From contig JAGGVQ010000017.1 of the NCBI GenBank assembly GCA_021157895.1, positions 32,395 through 96,394 on the forward strand: 64,000 bases of DNA, in the 5' to 3' direction. This document shows, one piece after another, positions 48,335 to 57,994 of this stretch. Every line of letters starts with the position of its first letter. The stretch's first letter is position 1. Position numbers and translations under genes: made by a program. Below the pieces are notes generated by a model. That model did not search any database. It had not been told where the DNA came from and was given only the letters and a program-made list of their open reading frames with translations. The stretch comes from Dehalococcoidia bacterium. Its GTDB lineage: Bacteria > Chloroflexota > Dehalococcoidia > GIF9 > AB-539-J10.

Positions 48335-50896
48335 ATGCGCGCAGGCAGGAAATCCAATCGAGTTAAATTTGCTACTAAGAAGCAGGTAGCTCAAGCTGTT
48401 TTTGCTGCTGCTGAGTCCACGGGGATAACTGACCGGAAGATGCTGGAGAAGCTTACTGAGCAAGTAACCGAGAAGTTACGAGTAGTTCGACCGTTACCTG
48501 GTATGGAGATGTTTATCTCCCCATTGCGTGGTGTATCGTCACCTGAGCTGCAGGATATGATTAACGAGGTTCTTGCTGATGAGGAATTTTCCCCCCAGTC
48601 AGGAACCAAGGTTATCTCGGGAATTGAGCTTAGTGATAATGCTTCGCGAGTTTTGGAGAGGAGATATTTGTCTAAAGATGCGACAGGTAAGGTTGTTGAG
48701 ACTCCTCAGGAGCTATTTCGACGTGTGGCTCGACATATAGCCTTCGCTGAGCGCAATTACGGTTCCACAAAAGATGTTTCTGCATGGGAGAAGACTTTCT
48801 ATCAGCTCATGGCGAATTTGGATTTCCTTCCTAATTCTCCAACCCTGATGAATGCTGGCCGTAAGTTGGGGCAATTGTCAGCCTGTTTTGTTATTCCCAT
48901 TGAAGATTCTATGGAATCTATTTTTGATGCGGTTAAATATACTGCCCTGATACATCAAAGTGGGGGAGGTACGGGATTTTCCTTCTCTCGGCTGAGGCCT
49001 GAAAAGGATATAGTTGGTTCAACTGGAGGGGTTGCTAGTGGGCCTATTTCTTTTATGCGTACCTTTGATACTACTACAGATGTGATTAAGCAAGGTGGTA
49101 TGCGACGTGGGGCCAATATGGCAATATTGGCGGTAGACCACCCAGATATTTTTCATTTCATCACGGTCAAGAGGGATCCTGATGCCTTGACCAATTTCAA
49201 TCTATCAGTTGCCATAACTGATAGTTTTATGCAGGCAGTGGAACAGGGCACTAAATATCAACTAATCAACCCGCGAACAGGTGAAGTGACTGGCGAGGTC
49301 GATGCCCGAGGAATGTTTGACTCCATAGTGGATATGGCCTGGAGTGTTGGAGATCCAGGCCTTGTATTCATTGACCAGGTAAACAGGTACAATCCTACGC
49401 CACAATTGGGCAGGATAGAGAGCACCAATCCTTGTGGAGAGCAACCTCTGCTTCCTTTTGAGTCCTGTAATCTGGGCTCGATAAATTTATCCCATATGCT
49501 GGTGCACCAAGGGGGGGGAGTGGAAATTGACTATGACAGATTGAATCGTACGGTCAGGAGTGCTGTCCGCTTCCTTGATGATGTTATCGACGTTAATTGT
49601 TTTCCTTTGCCTGATATCGACAGGGCTACCAAGGCTACCAGAAAGATAGGCTTGGGAGTGATGGGTTTCGCTGACATGTTGTTTCAGCTTGGTATTCCCT
49701 ACAATAGTGATCGAGGACTTGCTGTGGCAAAGGAGATAGCTCGTTTTATCTCCGATAAGTCTAACGAGGCTTCCATAGGATTGGGGAAGGAGAGAGGTGT
49801 CTTTCCCGCTTTTGAAGGAAGCATTTATGATGTGGCCGATGGTCCCCGATATCGCAATGCTTCTCGCACGACTATTGCTCCTACTGGTAGTCTGAGTATC
49901 ATCGCGAATTGCTCTAGTGGGATCGAACCTGCATTTGCACTGAGTTACAAGCGGCATATTTTAGATGGCGAGGAATTCATGGAGATAAACCCGTATTTTG
50001 AAGAGGCTGCTAAGCGAGGTGGTTTTTATTCCTCAGACCTGATGAAAGATTTAGCTGAGGGGAAAAGGCTTAAGGATATGTCTGATATATCATCGGAGGT
50101 AAAAGAGTTATTTGTTACTGCTCATGATATTGAGCCAGAGTGGCACGTTAAAATGCAAGCAGCTTTTCAAAAATTTACTGATAGCGCTGTTTCTAAAACA
50201 GTCAATTTTCCCCATGATGCTACCCGTGAGGATGTAGCTAGAGTTTATATGTTAGCTTACCATGAAGGATTAAAGGGAATAACTATCTACAGGGATGGAA
50301 GTCGGGATGGTCAAGTTCTTACTGTAGGAGACGGGGCGAGAAAAACAGAGGGAGGATTGCTTCCCCGGGAAAGGCCTAAAGTTACTCGTGGTGTTACTGA
50401 AAGGGTCAGTACCGGGTGTGGCTACATTTATGTCACGGTTAACTTTGATGACCAGGGCATATTTGAGGTTTTTGCTACTTTAGGTAAAGCTGGAGGGTGT
50501 GCTGCGGCACAACTGGAGGCGATTAGCCGTCTCATTTCTTTAGCCTTGAGGTCTGGAATAGAGGTAGACTCCATTGTCAGACATCTCCGTGGCATACGTT
50601 GTCCTTTCATTGCGTGGGAGAAAGGTCACGCTGTTCTCTCATGTGCTGATGCTATCGCTAGCGTGCTGCAGAAATATGGTGATGGCAGGAGTGGTGGGAG
50701 TTCCAGTGACTCGGAGATGTTATTGGAGCAAGATACTCCAATAGTGTCTGATAACAATCTGGTTAATAACGATGATACTACAGTGATCCATGCATCCAGT
50801 GGGTTAGTAGGACAATGTCCTGATTGTGGTGCTACATTGGTCTATCAAGAGGGATGTAGCATTTGTCCCAATTGTGGGTTTACTAAATGTGAATGA
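48335..50896 (+). CDS. nrdJ: Adenosylcobalamin-dependent (class II) ribonucleotide reductase
   Basis: LSDNASRVLERRYL entry, NPCGEQPL and TIAPTGS motifs. C-terminal CPDCG...CSICPNCG zinc finger. About 95 aa of unassigned N-terminal sequence. Confidence 0.9.
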   Translation: MRAGRKSNRVKFATKKQVAQAVFAAAESTGITDRKMLEKLTEQVTEKLRVVRPLPGMEMFISPLRGVSSPELQDMINEVLADEEFSPQSGTKVISGIELSDNASRVLERRYLSKDATGKVVETPQELFRRVARHIAFAERNYGSTKDVSAWEKTFYQLMANLDFLPNSPTLMNAGRKLGQLSACFVIPIEDSMESIFDAVKYTALIHQSGGGTGFSFSRLRPEKDIVGSTGGVASGPISFMRTFDTTTDVIKQGGMRRGANMAILAVDHPDIFHFITVKRDPDALTNFNLSVAITDSFMQAVEQGTKYQLINPRTGEVTGEVDARGMFDSIVDMAWSVGDPGLVFIDQVNRYNPTPQLGRIESTNPCGEQPLLPFESCNLGSINLSHMLVHQGGGVEIDYDRLNRTVRSAVRFLDDVIDVNCFPLPDIDRATKATRKIGLGVMGFADMLFQLGIPYNSDRGLAVAKEIARFISDKSNEASIGLGKERGVFPAFEGSIYDVADGPRYRNASRTTIAPTGSLSIIANCSSGIEPAFALSYKRHILDGEEFMEINPYFEEAAKRGGFYSSDLMKDLAEGKRLKDMSDISSEVKELFVTAHDIEPEWHVKMQAAFQKFTDSAVSKTVNFPHDATREDVARVYMLAYHEGLKGITIYRDGSRDGQVLTVGDGARKTEGGLLPRERPKVTRGVTERVSTGCGYIYVTVNFDDQGIFEVFATLGKAGGCAAAQLEAISRLISLALRSGIEVDSIVRHLRGIRCPFIAWEKGHAVLSCADAIASVLQKYGDGRSGGSSSDSEMLLEQDTPIVSDNNLVNNDDTTVIHASSGLVGQCPDCGATLVYQEGCSICPNCGFTKCE

Positions 50897-50908
50897 ATGG
50901 TGGAATGA

Positions 50909-52366
50909 ATGGGTAACCGCAGTGGTAGCTACTATTCAGCTCTGAAGCGAATAACCAAAGTAGCCAACTCTGCATTTAGCTCCAGGAAGGTTTATAATTC
51001 CATAGCTAAGAGTGCTGCCAAAGCGGTACATGCGAATGGCTGTCGTATTTCTTTTCTGGTGCCTCAGCATGAATATTTACTTACTGCCGGAACTTATGGT
51101 CTCAGCGATATCTATTTGAAAAAAGGACCCCTTGATGCTCGTAAAAGCCTTCCCGAAATTCTTGATGGCGAAACGGTGTTTGTTGCGGATGCTACTAAGG
51201 ATGAGAGAGTGCAGCATCATCAGATAGCAGAGGCACAGAGGATTTCCTCCATATTGGGAGTTCCTATCATTAAGCAGGATGAGGTTGTTGGGGAAATGAG
51301 AGTTTATACCCATGAACCTCACTGGTTCTCAGAATCGGATAACAGTTTCCTTCGCAGCGTTGTTGATATCTGTGCAGTTATATTGGAGCGAACAGAGTCA
51401 AAGCAAGTACTGAAACAGGAATACAAGAAAGACAGGAAACATACACTCTTGACTGAAGCGCCTCAATTGCCTACTGCGTCACTGCGACCAGCCAGTTTTG
51501 CCCATCCAAGCGAATCTGAGTTTGCCAAGCTTCTGGATTTCTATCGCATTGAATGGCTTTATGAACCTCGTGCGTTTCCCCTTTGCTGGAAAGAGGGAGC
51601 TGTAGCTGAGATGTTTACGCCGGACTTCTACTTGCCTGAGTTGGATTTGTATGTGGAGCTCACTACGTTGAAGCAAAGCTTAATAACTGAAAAGAATCGC
51701 AAAGTACGGCAACTCAAGCAGCTTTACCCCGATGTTAACATAAAATTACTTGCCAAGGACGATTTTGTAAAATTATTGGTTAAATATGGCTATGGCCCAT
51801 TGGGCGAAGTCAAGATAGGTCAAGTCAACAAAGTGCTTTTCAGCCGCAGTCAAATCCAGCGTCGCGTGAAAATTTTGGCTAAGCGCATCTCTCGTGACTA
51901 TGCTGGCCAACAGATAGTTATGGTTGGAGTCCTGAGGGGTGTTATTTGTTTTATGGCTGACATTATTCAACAGATTTCCCTGCCTGTCACAGTAGATTTT
52001 ATGGCTATATCAAACTATGGGGGGGATGGTCAGGTGGTGAAGATCACCAAAGATCTTGACAGCAGTATAACTAACAGGCATGTACTGATGGTTGAAGATA
52101 TCGTAGATACAGGAATGACGCTGAATTATCTTCTCACTCATCTTCGTGCCCATAATCCCCAGAGTCTTAATATTTGCACTCTGCTTGATAAGCGCGCACG
52201 GCGGCTTGTGGATATTCCCCTTAAGTATGTTGGATTTGAGATACCTGATCGGTTTGTTGTTGGCTATGGGCTGGACTACAAGGAGGAGTATCGCAACTTG
52301 CCTTTTATCGGCTTGCTGAATCCGGATGTGTCTCAAGTACACGGAGACCTGAATTCCATGAAATAG
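50909..52366 (+). CDS. GAF domain + PD-(D/E)xK-like module + hypoxanthine phosphoribosyltransferase fusion
   Basis: aa ~20-165: GAF-like (..ISSILGVPIIKQDEVVGEMRVY..). aa ~195-300: SESEFAKLL..YEP..FTPDFYLPELDLYVELT. aa ~305-485: HPRT (VLMVEDIVDTGMTL, LLDKRARR, VVGYGLDYKEEYRNLPFIG). Confidence 0.75.
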   Translation: MGNRSGSYYSALKRITKVANSAFSSRKVYNSIAKSAAKAVHANGCRISFLVPQHEYLLTAGTYGLSDIYLKKGPLDARKSLPEILDGETVFVADATKDERVQHHQIAEAQRISSILGVPIIKQDEVVGEMRVYTHEPHWFSESDNSFLRSVVDICAVILERTESKQVLKQEYKKDRKHTLLTEAPQLPTASLRPASFAHPSESEFAKLLDFYRIEWLYEPRAFPLCWKEGAVAEMFTPDFYLPELDLYVELTTLKQSLITEKNRKVRQLKQLYPDVNIKLLAKDDFVKLLVKYGYGPLGEVKIGQVNKVLFSRSQIQRRVKILAKRISRDYAGQQIVMVGVLRGVICFMADIIQQISLPVTVDFMAISNYGGDGQVVKITKDLDSSITNRHVLMVEDIVDTGMTLNYLLTHLRAHNPQSLNICTLLDKRARRLVDIPLKYVGFEIPDRFVVGYGLDYKEEYRNLPFIGLLNPDVSQVHGDLNSMK

Positions 52367-52449
52367 CCCATGATTTACTTTATCATGTATTATTTGTTCC
52401 TGAAGCTGATGACAGAGTTATTCCGTAATTTTAGTTTCGGTTATATTGC

Positions 52450-52478
52450 TTGAAATGCCGTAACCTCCACAGTATAAT
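52450..52478 (+). promoter_or_regulatory. Putative promoter of rsmD-coaD
   Basis: TTGAAA, 17 nt spacer, TATAAT. The -10 ends only 15 nt before the rsmD ATG. Confidence 0.5.
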
Positions 52479-52493
52479 TTTACGGTTGTGTAG

Positions 52494-53051
52494 ATGCGAG
52501 TTACTAGTGGTGAGGCTAAGGGGGTTTATCTAAAGGTTCCCAGCAGAGGGGTAGTGCGGCCAACGACCAGCCTGGTAAAGCAAGCTATTCTTTCAATGCT
52601 GCAGACTTGTTGCCTTAATGGATCTCGAATCCTCGATTTGTATGCAGGGAGTGGGGCTTTGGGTATCGAAACTATTAGTCAAGGGGGGGGCTGGGTGGAC
52701 TTTGTGGACCAGAATAGGGAATGTTGTCGCATTATTGATGACAATTTACGCCGTACAGGATTCTTATCCAATGCTCATGTTTATTGCCATGAGGTAGAAG
52801 AGATAATTCCGAAACTAAGCGGTAGATATGATGTTGTGTTTGCTGACCCTCCATATTCAGATACTTCTATAAACAGGGTGTTGCCCCTGTTGGCTAAATC
52901 AGATCTTGTTGATAGGGATACTATAATTGTGGTTTGTCATTCCAGTCGTGTTTTGCTCGATGTTGCTTGTAGTGAATTGGAATTGATAAAGCAACGTCGG
53001 TACGGTGATACCATGGTTTCAATGTATTGGAGGAGTGAGTTATGGGCATAG
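52494..53051 (+). CDS. rsmD: 16S rRNA (guanine966-N2)-methyltransferase
   Basis: DLYAGSGALGIE and FADPPY motifs. Overlaps coaD. Confidence 0.85.
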   Translation: MRVTSGEAKGVYLKVPSRGVVRPTTSLVKQAILSMLQTCCLNGSRILDLYAGSGALGIETISQGGGWVDFVDQNRECCRIIDDNLRRTGFLSNAHVYCHEVEEIIPKLSGRYDVVFADPPYSDTSINRVLPLLAKSDLVDRDTIIVVCHSSRVLLDVACSELELIKQRRYGDTMVSMYWRSELWA

Positions 53052-53524
53052 TAGTTTATCCTGGTAGCTTTGATCCTATTACCAATGGACATGTGGATAT
53101 TATAAGGCGGGCAGCTATTCTTTTTGATAGGCTTGTTATTGGTGTTTATGATAGGCCAGACAAAGCATTGCTATTTTCTGTGGAGCAGCGCGTGGATATG
53201 ATAAGGGAGGCAATAACTGATTTGCCGAATGTATATGTTGAGACTTATGATGGTCTCACCGTGGATTTTGTGCGAAGGATGTCAAGCAGAATGATGATTC
53301 GGGGATTGAGGATGAATTCTGATTTTGAGAAAGAGTTTGAAATGGCTGAGATGAATAAAAAACTAGCTCCAAATGTTGAGTTGCTTTGTTTGATGACAAC
53401 ACATCAGTACCAATGTATTAGTTCTAGCCTTATAAAGGAAGTTGTTAGGTGTGGTGGGTCTGTCACAGGCATGGTTCCTGGTCATGTGGAACGGGCACTC
53501 AGGGAAAAATTTTCCTGTGGGTAA
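53042..53524 (+). CDS. coaD: Phosphopantetheine adenylyltransferase
   Basis: VYPGSFDPITNGHVDI motif. 160 aa. Confidence 0.9.
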   Translation: MGIVVYPGSFDPITNGHVDIIRRAAILFDRLVIGVYDRPDKALLFSVEQRVDMIREAITDLPNVYVETYDGLTVDFVRRMSSRMMIRGLRMNSDFEKEFEMAEMNKKLAPNVELLCLMTTHQYQCISSSLIKEVVRCGGSVTGMVPGHVERALREKFSCG

Positions 53525-53606
53525 TTCCAAGCCTCCTCGTGTGGTGAGGGTAAATACAGTATAATATAGGTGCCAAAATTATTAAGGTGTACAGGAGGTA
53601 GACAAG

Positions 53607-53873
53607 ATGGCGTATAAGATTACTGATGATTGTATAAGCTGTGGGGTTTGCGCAGCAGAATGTCCTAATCAGGCAATTAGCGAGGGGGAAACTGTCTTCG
53701 TGATTGACTCTGAAAAGTGTACTGAGTGTGTTGGTGCTCATGAGTCGTCAAAATGTGCTGAAGTGTGTCCTGTAGATGCTTGTGTGCCTGATCCGGAGCA
53801 TCAGGAAACCCATGATCAGCTATTAGATAAGTGGCAAAAGATGCATCCTGGGGGAACTCCCAATGTCTCCTAA
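53607..53873 (+). CDS. 4Fe-4S dicluster ferredoxin (YfhL-like)
   Basis: CISCGVCAAECP and CTEC...C..VCP cluster motifs. AGGAGG SD. Confidence 0.85.
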   Translation: MAYKITDDCISCGVCAAECPNQAISEGETVFVIDSEKCTECVGAHESSKCAEVCPVDACVPDPEHQETHDQLLDKWQKMHPGGTPNVS

Positions 53874-53936
53874 AGTGAAAGTTTGGTGACCTAAGTTCCC
53901 TGTATCTGTTGTTGGAATACAAGCTATCTGTTGTTA

Positions 53937-54527
53937 TTAGCTCTCTTTTTGCAGGACTGTAGAATATTGAGGGCTCATTAATAGGGAGAAGTGGCTCTCC
54001 ATATGCCTCATGTGATGTGTTTGTGCCAGTTTGCATATTGTCTTGGGGCTGAGTTTATGAACGTGGATTTCCCTGCCGAGGAAGGGATTTTTGAACATCA
54101 GGATAGAAGCCTTGATGGCAAAAATCCCTTGGATGGGTTCTGCAGGATAAACTAGTACCAGCTTTCCTTTTGTTTTTAGCACTCTGGCCATCTCCCCCAG
54201 TGCTTTTTCCATGTCAGGAATATGCTCGATGGCATGGCAAGAGTAAATTTTGTCAAAGGTGTTTGTGGGGAAACCTAATTTTGTAGCATCCATGCAAACT
54301 AGGGTTTTGGTTACTCCCCGGGAGATAGCCTCACTATTTATATCAATTCCCAGGGTGTTTTTGCTGTAGTGCTGTATCCTTCTTGTTAGGAATCCGCGAC
54401 TGCACCCCACCTCGAGAATTGTGTCCTCCGGTTGTGGATTTAAAAGCTGGAGTATTTTCTTTACCAGCAATCTGTCTTCGCGTAGGCTGAGAGCATACCA
54501 TTTAGAATCATATATCGTGGAGTTCAT
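53937..54527 (-). CDS. Class I SAM-dependent methyltransferase
   Basis: ILEVGCSRG motif I. Methyltransf_11-like spacing. Confidence 0.7.
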   Translation of the reverse strand: MNSTIYDSKWYALSLREDRLLVKKILQLLNPQPEDTILEVGCSRGFLTRRIQHYSKNTLGIDINSEAISRGVTKTLVCMDATKLGFPTNTFDKIYSCHAIEHIPDMEKALGEMARVLKTKGKLVLVYPAEPIQGIFAIKASILMFKNPFLGREIHVHKLSPKTICKLAQTHHMRHMESHFSLLMSPQYSTVLQKES

Positions 54528-54569
54528 TCTGTTGTCTGATTGGATTATTTTTCGGCAGTGTGCTTTCTG

Positions 54570-55361
54570 CTACAGATGTTTAGCCTTATTATAGGCAGCA
54601 GTTACAGCCTCGATAAATAGAGAGCGAAGTCCTCCTTCCTCTAACTTAAGGAGAGCTTCAGTTGTGGTCCCCCCTGGTGAGGTTACCAGATTTCTTAGCT
54701 CGGCAGGATGCTTGCTGCTCTGTTGCAGGGTGAGAATAGAACCCATGGCGGTTTGCATGACCAGCCTTTCCGATACATCGCGAGATAGACCAATATGTAC
54801 TCCAGCATCAATAAGGGCCTCAATGAATAGAAAGACATATGCCGGCCCACTGCCACTCAATGCTGTAGCCATATCCAGGTATTTTTCTTCAGTGACCTGA
54901 ATCTGCTTCCCTAAAGAACTAAGGATGGATTCCGCCATCTTTTTCTGTTGAGCACTGACTTCGCTGGATGCTATCCAGACACTAATACCTTGTCCGATCT
55001 GAGCTGGCATGTTGGGCATGGCTCGTATGATTGAATGATGCTTTATCCTATCGCACAACTCGGATAGCTTGACTCCTGCCATTATAGACAGCACACATTG
55101 CTCTGATTTAAGAGTGCCTACTTGTTCTATGATTTTGCCCAGATCCTGTGGCTTTACAGCCAAAATTATCATGTCACTTTGTGCTGATGCTGACTTGTTG
55201 TCCTCCATGGTTTTTACTCCGTATTGAGAGTTTAATGTGTTGCGGCGAGTCTGGTTGATGTCACTGACTATGATCTCCTCAACTTTGGCTACATTATTGT
55301 GCAGCAGCCCTCTTATCATTGCCTCTCCCATGGTTCCCGCTCCGATGAAAGTTATCTGCAT
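54570..55361 (-). CDS. proC: Pyrroline-5-carboxylate reductase
   Basis: FIGAGTMGEAM Rossmann motif. C-terminal SPGGTT motif. Confidence 0.9.
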   Translation of the reverse strand: MQITFIGAGTMGEAMIRGLLHNNVAKVEEIIVSDINQTRRNTLNSQYGVKTMEDNKSASAQSDMIILAVKPQDLGKIIEQVGTLKSEQCVLSIMAGVKLSELCDRIKHHSIIRAMPNMPAQIGQGISVWIASSEVSAQQKKMAESILSSLGKQIQVTEEKYLDMATALSGSGPAYVFLFIEALIDAGVHIGLSRDVSERLVMQTAMGSILTLQQSSKHPAELRNLVTSPGGTTTEALLKLEEGGLRSLFIEAVTAAYNKAKHL

Positions 55362-55402
55362 TTTTCTCCTCTGCCTTTGAAAAGTGTGAAGCCTGGTAAT
55401 TG

Positions 55403-57853
55403 TTATTGTGCTACTATGCTAACCAGTCGTTTAGTCACATAAATAACCTTAGCGATTGTCTTTCCGCTGGTGTAATTCTTGATTTTATCTCGTGTTAGTG
55501 CCACCTTCTTGGCCTCAGTTTCGCTGATATTAGCAGGAACGCTTACCCTATCCCGCAATTTACCATTTACCTGGATGACCATGGTAAATGTCTCTTCTCT
55601 GGTTAGCTCTGCGTTGAATTCAGGCCAGTGCTGGTTGTGGATACTATAGGGGTGGCCTGTTTTCTCCCACAGTTCCTCCGCGATGTGTGGGGCAGTGGGA
55701 GCCAGGAGTAATAATAGATATGTAATAGCCTCAGTCCATAAGGAATTCCCAACTTCACTTTCTTGCTTAACTTTGGCGAGGTAGTTGGTGAACTCCATAA
55801 GGCTTGCGAGCATGGTATTGAAGCGAAATTTCCCTAAGTCTTCAGTTACTTTTTTAATTGTCTTGTGTGTGACATATTGTAGTTGTCTTTCAGCTTCAGA
55901 CTGTATGTCTTTGCTGACGTAAGCTGTTTCGGTGATCAGGCTCCAGATTCGATTTAACCACCTGCTTATGCCTACAATGCCGCTGTCGCTCCATTCACCA
56001 CCCAATTCCCAGGGGCCAATAAATATAATATAGCCGCGCACGGCATCAGCTCCCAGTGTGGTTACGTATTTGTCTGGTGCAATGACGTTGCCCTTTGATT
56101 TGCTCATCTTGCTGCCACGATAAATGACAGTGCCCTGGTTGAATAGCTTGGCGAACGGTTCACCGAAGTTAATCAGCCCTATGTCACGTATGGCCTTGGT
56201 GAAAAAACGTGCATATAGCAGGTGCATGACGGCATGCTCTGCGCCGCCGGTGTACAAATCTACTGGCATCCAAAAGTGTATTTTCTCGGGATCGAAGGGA
56301 GCATTGTTGGAGTCAGGGCTAGTGTATCTCAGGTAATACCAGTTGGAGCACATAAAGGTATCCATGGTATCGGTCTCCCTTCGTGCTGGTCGTCCACATT
56401 TGGGGCATGTCGTGTTGACAAAGGACTGACAGTATTTTAATGGAGACTCGCCAGTAGGCTTAAACTGGGCGTCCTGAGGAAGCAATACAGGCAGCTCTTT
56501 TTCTGACACAGGAACTATGCCGCACTTATCACAGTAAACCATTGGAATTGGTGCACCCCAATATCGCTGTCGAGATATAAGCCAATCTCGGATGCGGTAG
56601 CTAGTAGTTTTCCTGCCCCATCCCTTTCTCTCCAGCAGAGAACATATTGCCTCATATCCCTGTTTGCTGCTCAGACCAGTGAAATCACCAGAATTAATCA
56701 TTATTCCTGGAGAGGTATAGGGTATTTCTGCTTCTTTTTCTGGAGTTTCTGGTGAGACAATTACAGGGGTAACTGGCAGATTAAACTTGCTGGCAAAGTC
56801 CAGATCACGCTCATCGTGTGCGGGGACTCCCATCACGGCACCAGTGCCGTAGCTCATCAACACATAATCAGTGATGTAGATGGGAATCTTCTCATTGTTT
56901 AATCTATTGGTGACATAGCTTCCTAGAAAGACACCTGTCTTTTCCCTGCCCAGAGCTGTTCGTTCATATTCAGTTTGCCGTTGACACCAAGCAATGTATT
57001 GCTCTACTTCCATTTTATGGTCGGGAGTGGTTAGCTGAGAGACCATGGGGTGTTCTGGAGCAAGCAGGAAGAATGTTACCCCGAATATTGTGTCTGGCCG
57101 AGTGGTGAACACTGTTATTTCTTTTTGAGGTGTTCCTTTATGATCCAGAGCAAAGGAGATCTCTGCGCCTTCGCTCTTGCCAATCCAGTTACTTTGCATT
57201 GTCTTGATACGCTCTGGCCAATCTATGTTACTGAAATCGAGAAGTTCGTCAGCATACTTCGTGATTTTAAAGAACCATTGTTCGAGGTTCTTTTTGACAA
57301 CTGGTGAGCTGCAGCGCTCACATATTCCTTCTCCAACTACTTGTTCATTAGCCAACACGGTCTGACATTTAGGACACCAGTTAACAGGTGCCTTAGCGCG
57401 ATAGGCTAGTCCTGCTTTATACATTTTGAGGAAGAACCACTGAGTCCACTTATAGTATTCAGGAAGGCAGCTTATTATCTCTCGGTCCCAATCGTATATG
57501 GCGCCTATGCTCTTTAGCTGGCGGCGCATATTTTCTATGTTATTCATTGTCCATTTATAGGGATGAATTCCGTGTTTGATAGCGGCATTCTCTGCCGGTA
57601 GGCCAAAGGCGTCGAAGCCCATAGGGTGGAGAACATTGTAGCCCTGCATTCTCTTAAATCGGGCATAGATATCTGATGGCACCATGGCATACCAGTGCCC
57701 AATGTGAAGATCTCCTGAGGTGTAAGGAAGCATGGTCAGAGCATAAAATTTGGGACGATCACTGGTTTCCTTAACTTTGTAGAGGCCGTCTCTTGCCCAT
57801 TTTTCCTGCCACTTTTTCTCTATTTCTTGAGGGTTATATTTTAAAGAGGGCAT
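55403..57853 (-). CDS. leuS: Leucyl-tRNA synthetase
   Basis: HIGH-type motif (GDLHIGHW), KMSKS, and CP1 editing domain length. 816 aa. Confidence 0.95.
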   Translation of the reverse strand: MPSLKYNPQEIEKKWQEKWARDGLYKVKETSDRPKFYALTMLPYTSGDLHIGHWYAMVPSDIYARFKRMQGYNVLHPMGFDAFGLPAENAAIKHGIHPYKWTMNNIENMRRQLKSIGAIYDWDREIISCLPEYYKWTQWFFLKMYKAGLAYRAKAPVNWCPKCQTVLANEQVVGEGICERCSSPVVKKNLEQWFFKITKYADELLDFSNIDWPERIKTMQSNWIGKSEGAEISFALDHKGTPQKEITVFTTRPDTIFGVTFFLLAPEHPMVSQLTTPDHKMEVEQYIAWCQRQTEYERTALGREKTGVFLGSYVTNRLNNEKIPIYITDYVLMSYGTGAVMGVPAHDERDLDFASKFNLPVTPVIVSPETPEKEAEIPYTSPGIMINSGDFTGLSSKQGYEAICSLLERKGWGRKTTSYRIRDWLISRQRYWGAPIPMVYCDKCGIVPVSEKELPVLLPQDAQFKPTGESPLKYCQSFVNTTCPKCGRPARRETDTMDTFMCSNWYYLRYTSPDSNNAPFDPEKIHFWMPVDLYTGGAEHAVMHLLYARFFTKAIRDIGLINFGEPFAKLFNQGTVIYRGSKMSKSKGNVIAPDKYVTTLGADAVRGYIIFIGPWELGGEWSDSGIVGISRWLNRIWSLITETAYVSKDIQSEAERQLQYVTHKTIKKVTEDLGKFRFNTMLASLMEFTNYLAKVKQESEVGNSLWTEAITYLLLLLAPTAPHIAEELWEKTGHPYSIHNQHWPEFNAELTREETFTMVIQVNGKLRDRVSVPANISETEAKKVALTRDKIKNYTSGKTIAKVIYVTKRLVSIVAQ

Positions 57854-57994
57854 AGCGATAAAGTTTAGACTAATTTAATGCAAATGAGAAGCGCTGTATT
57901 CCAGTTCAGGCTACAGATTTGTCATGGATCTTGCTCAACTTCTCAGTGTGGCTTAGAATGAATTCAGGCTGCTTTTTGTTGCGGAGCTTAGCGA

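Noticed and set aside
53904-53935. Direct repeat ATCTGTTGTT x2 (22-bp period) between the convergent ferredoxin and methyltransferase genes.
   Set aside because: Only 10 bp, two copies and no associated structure. Likely chance.
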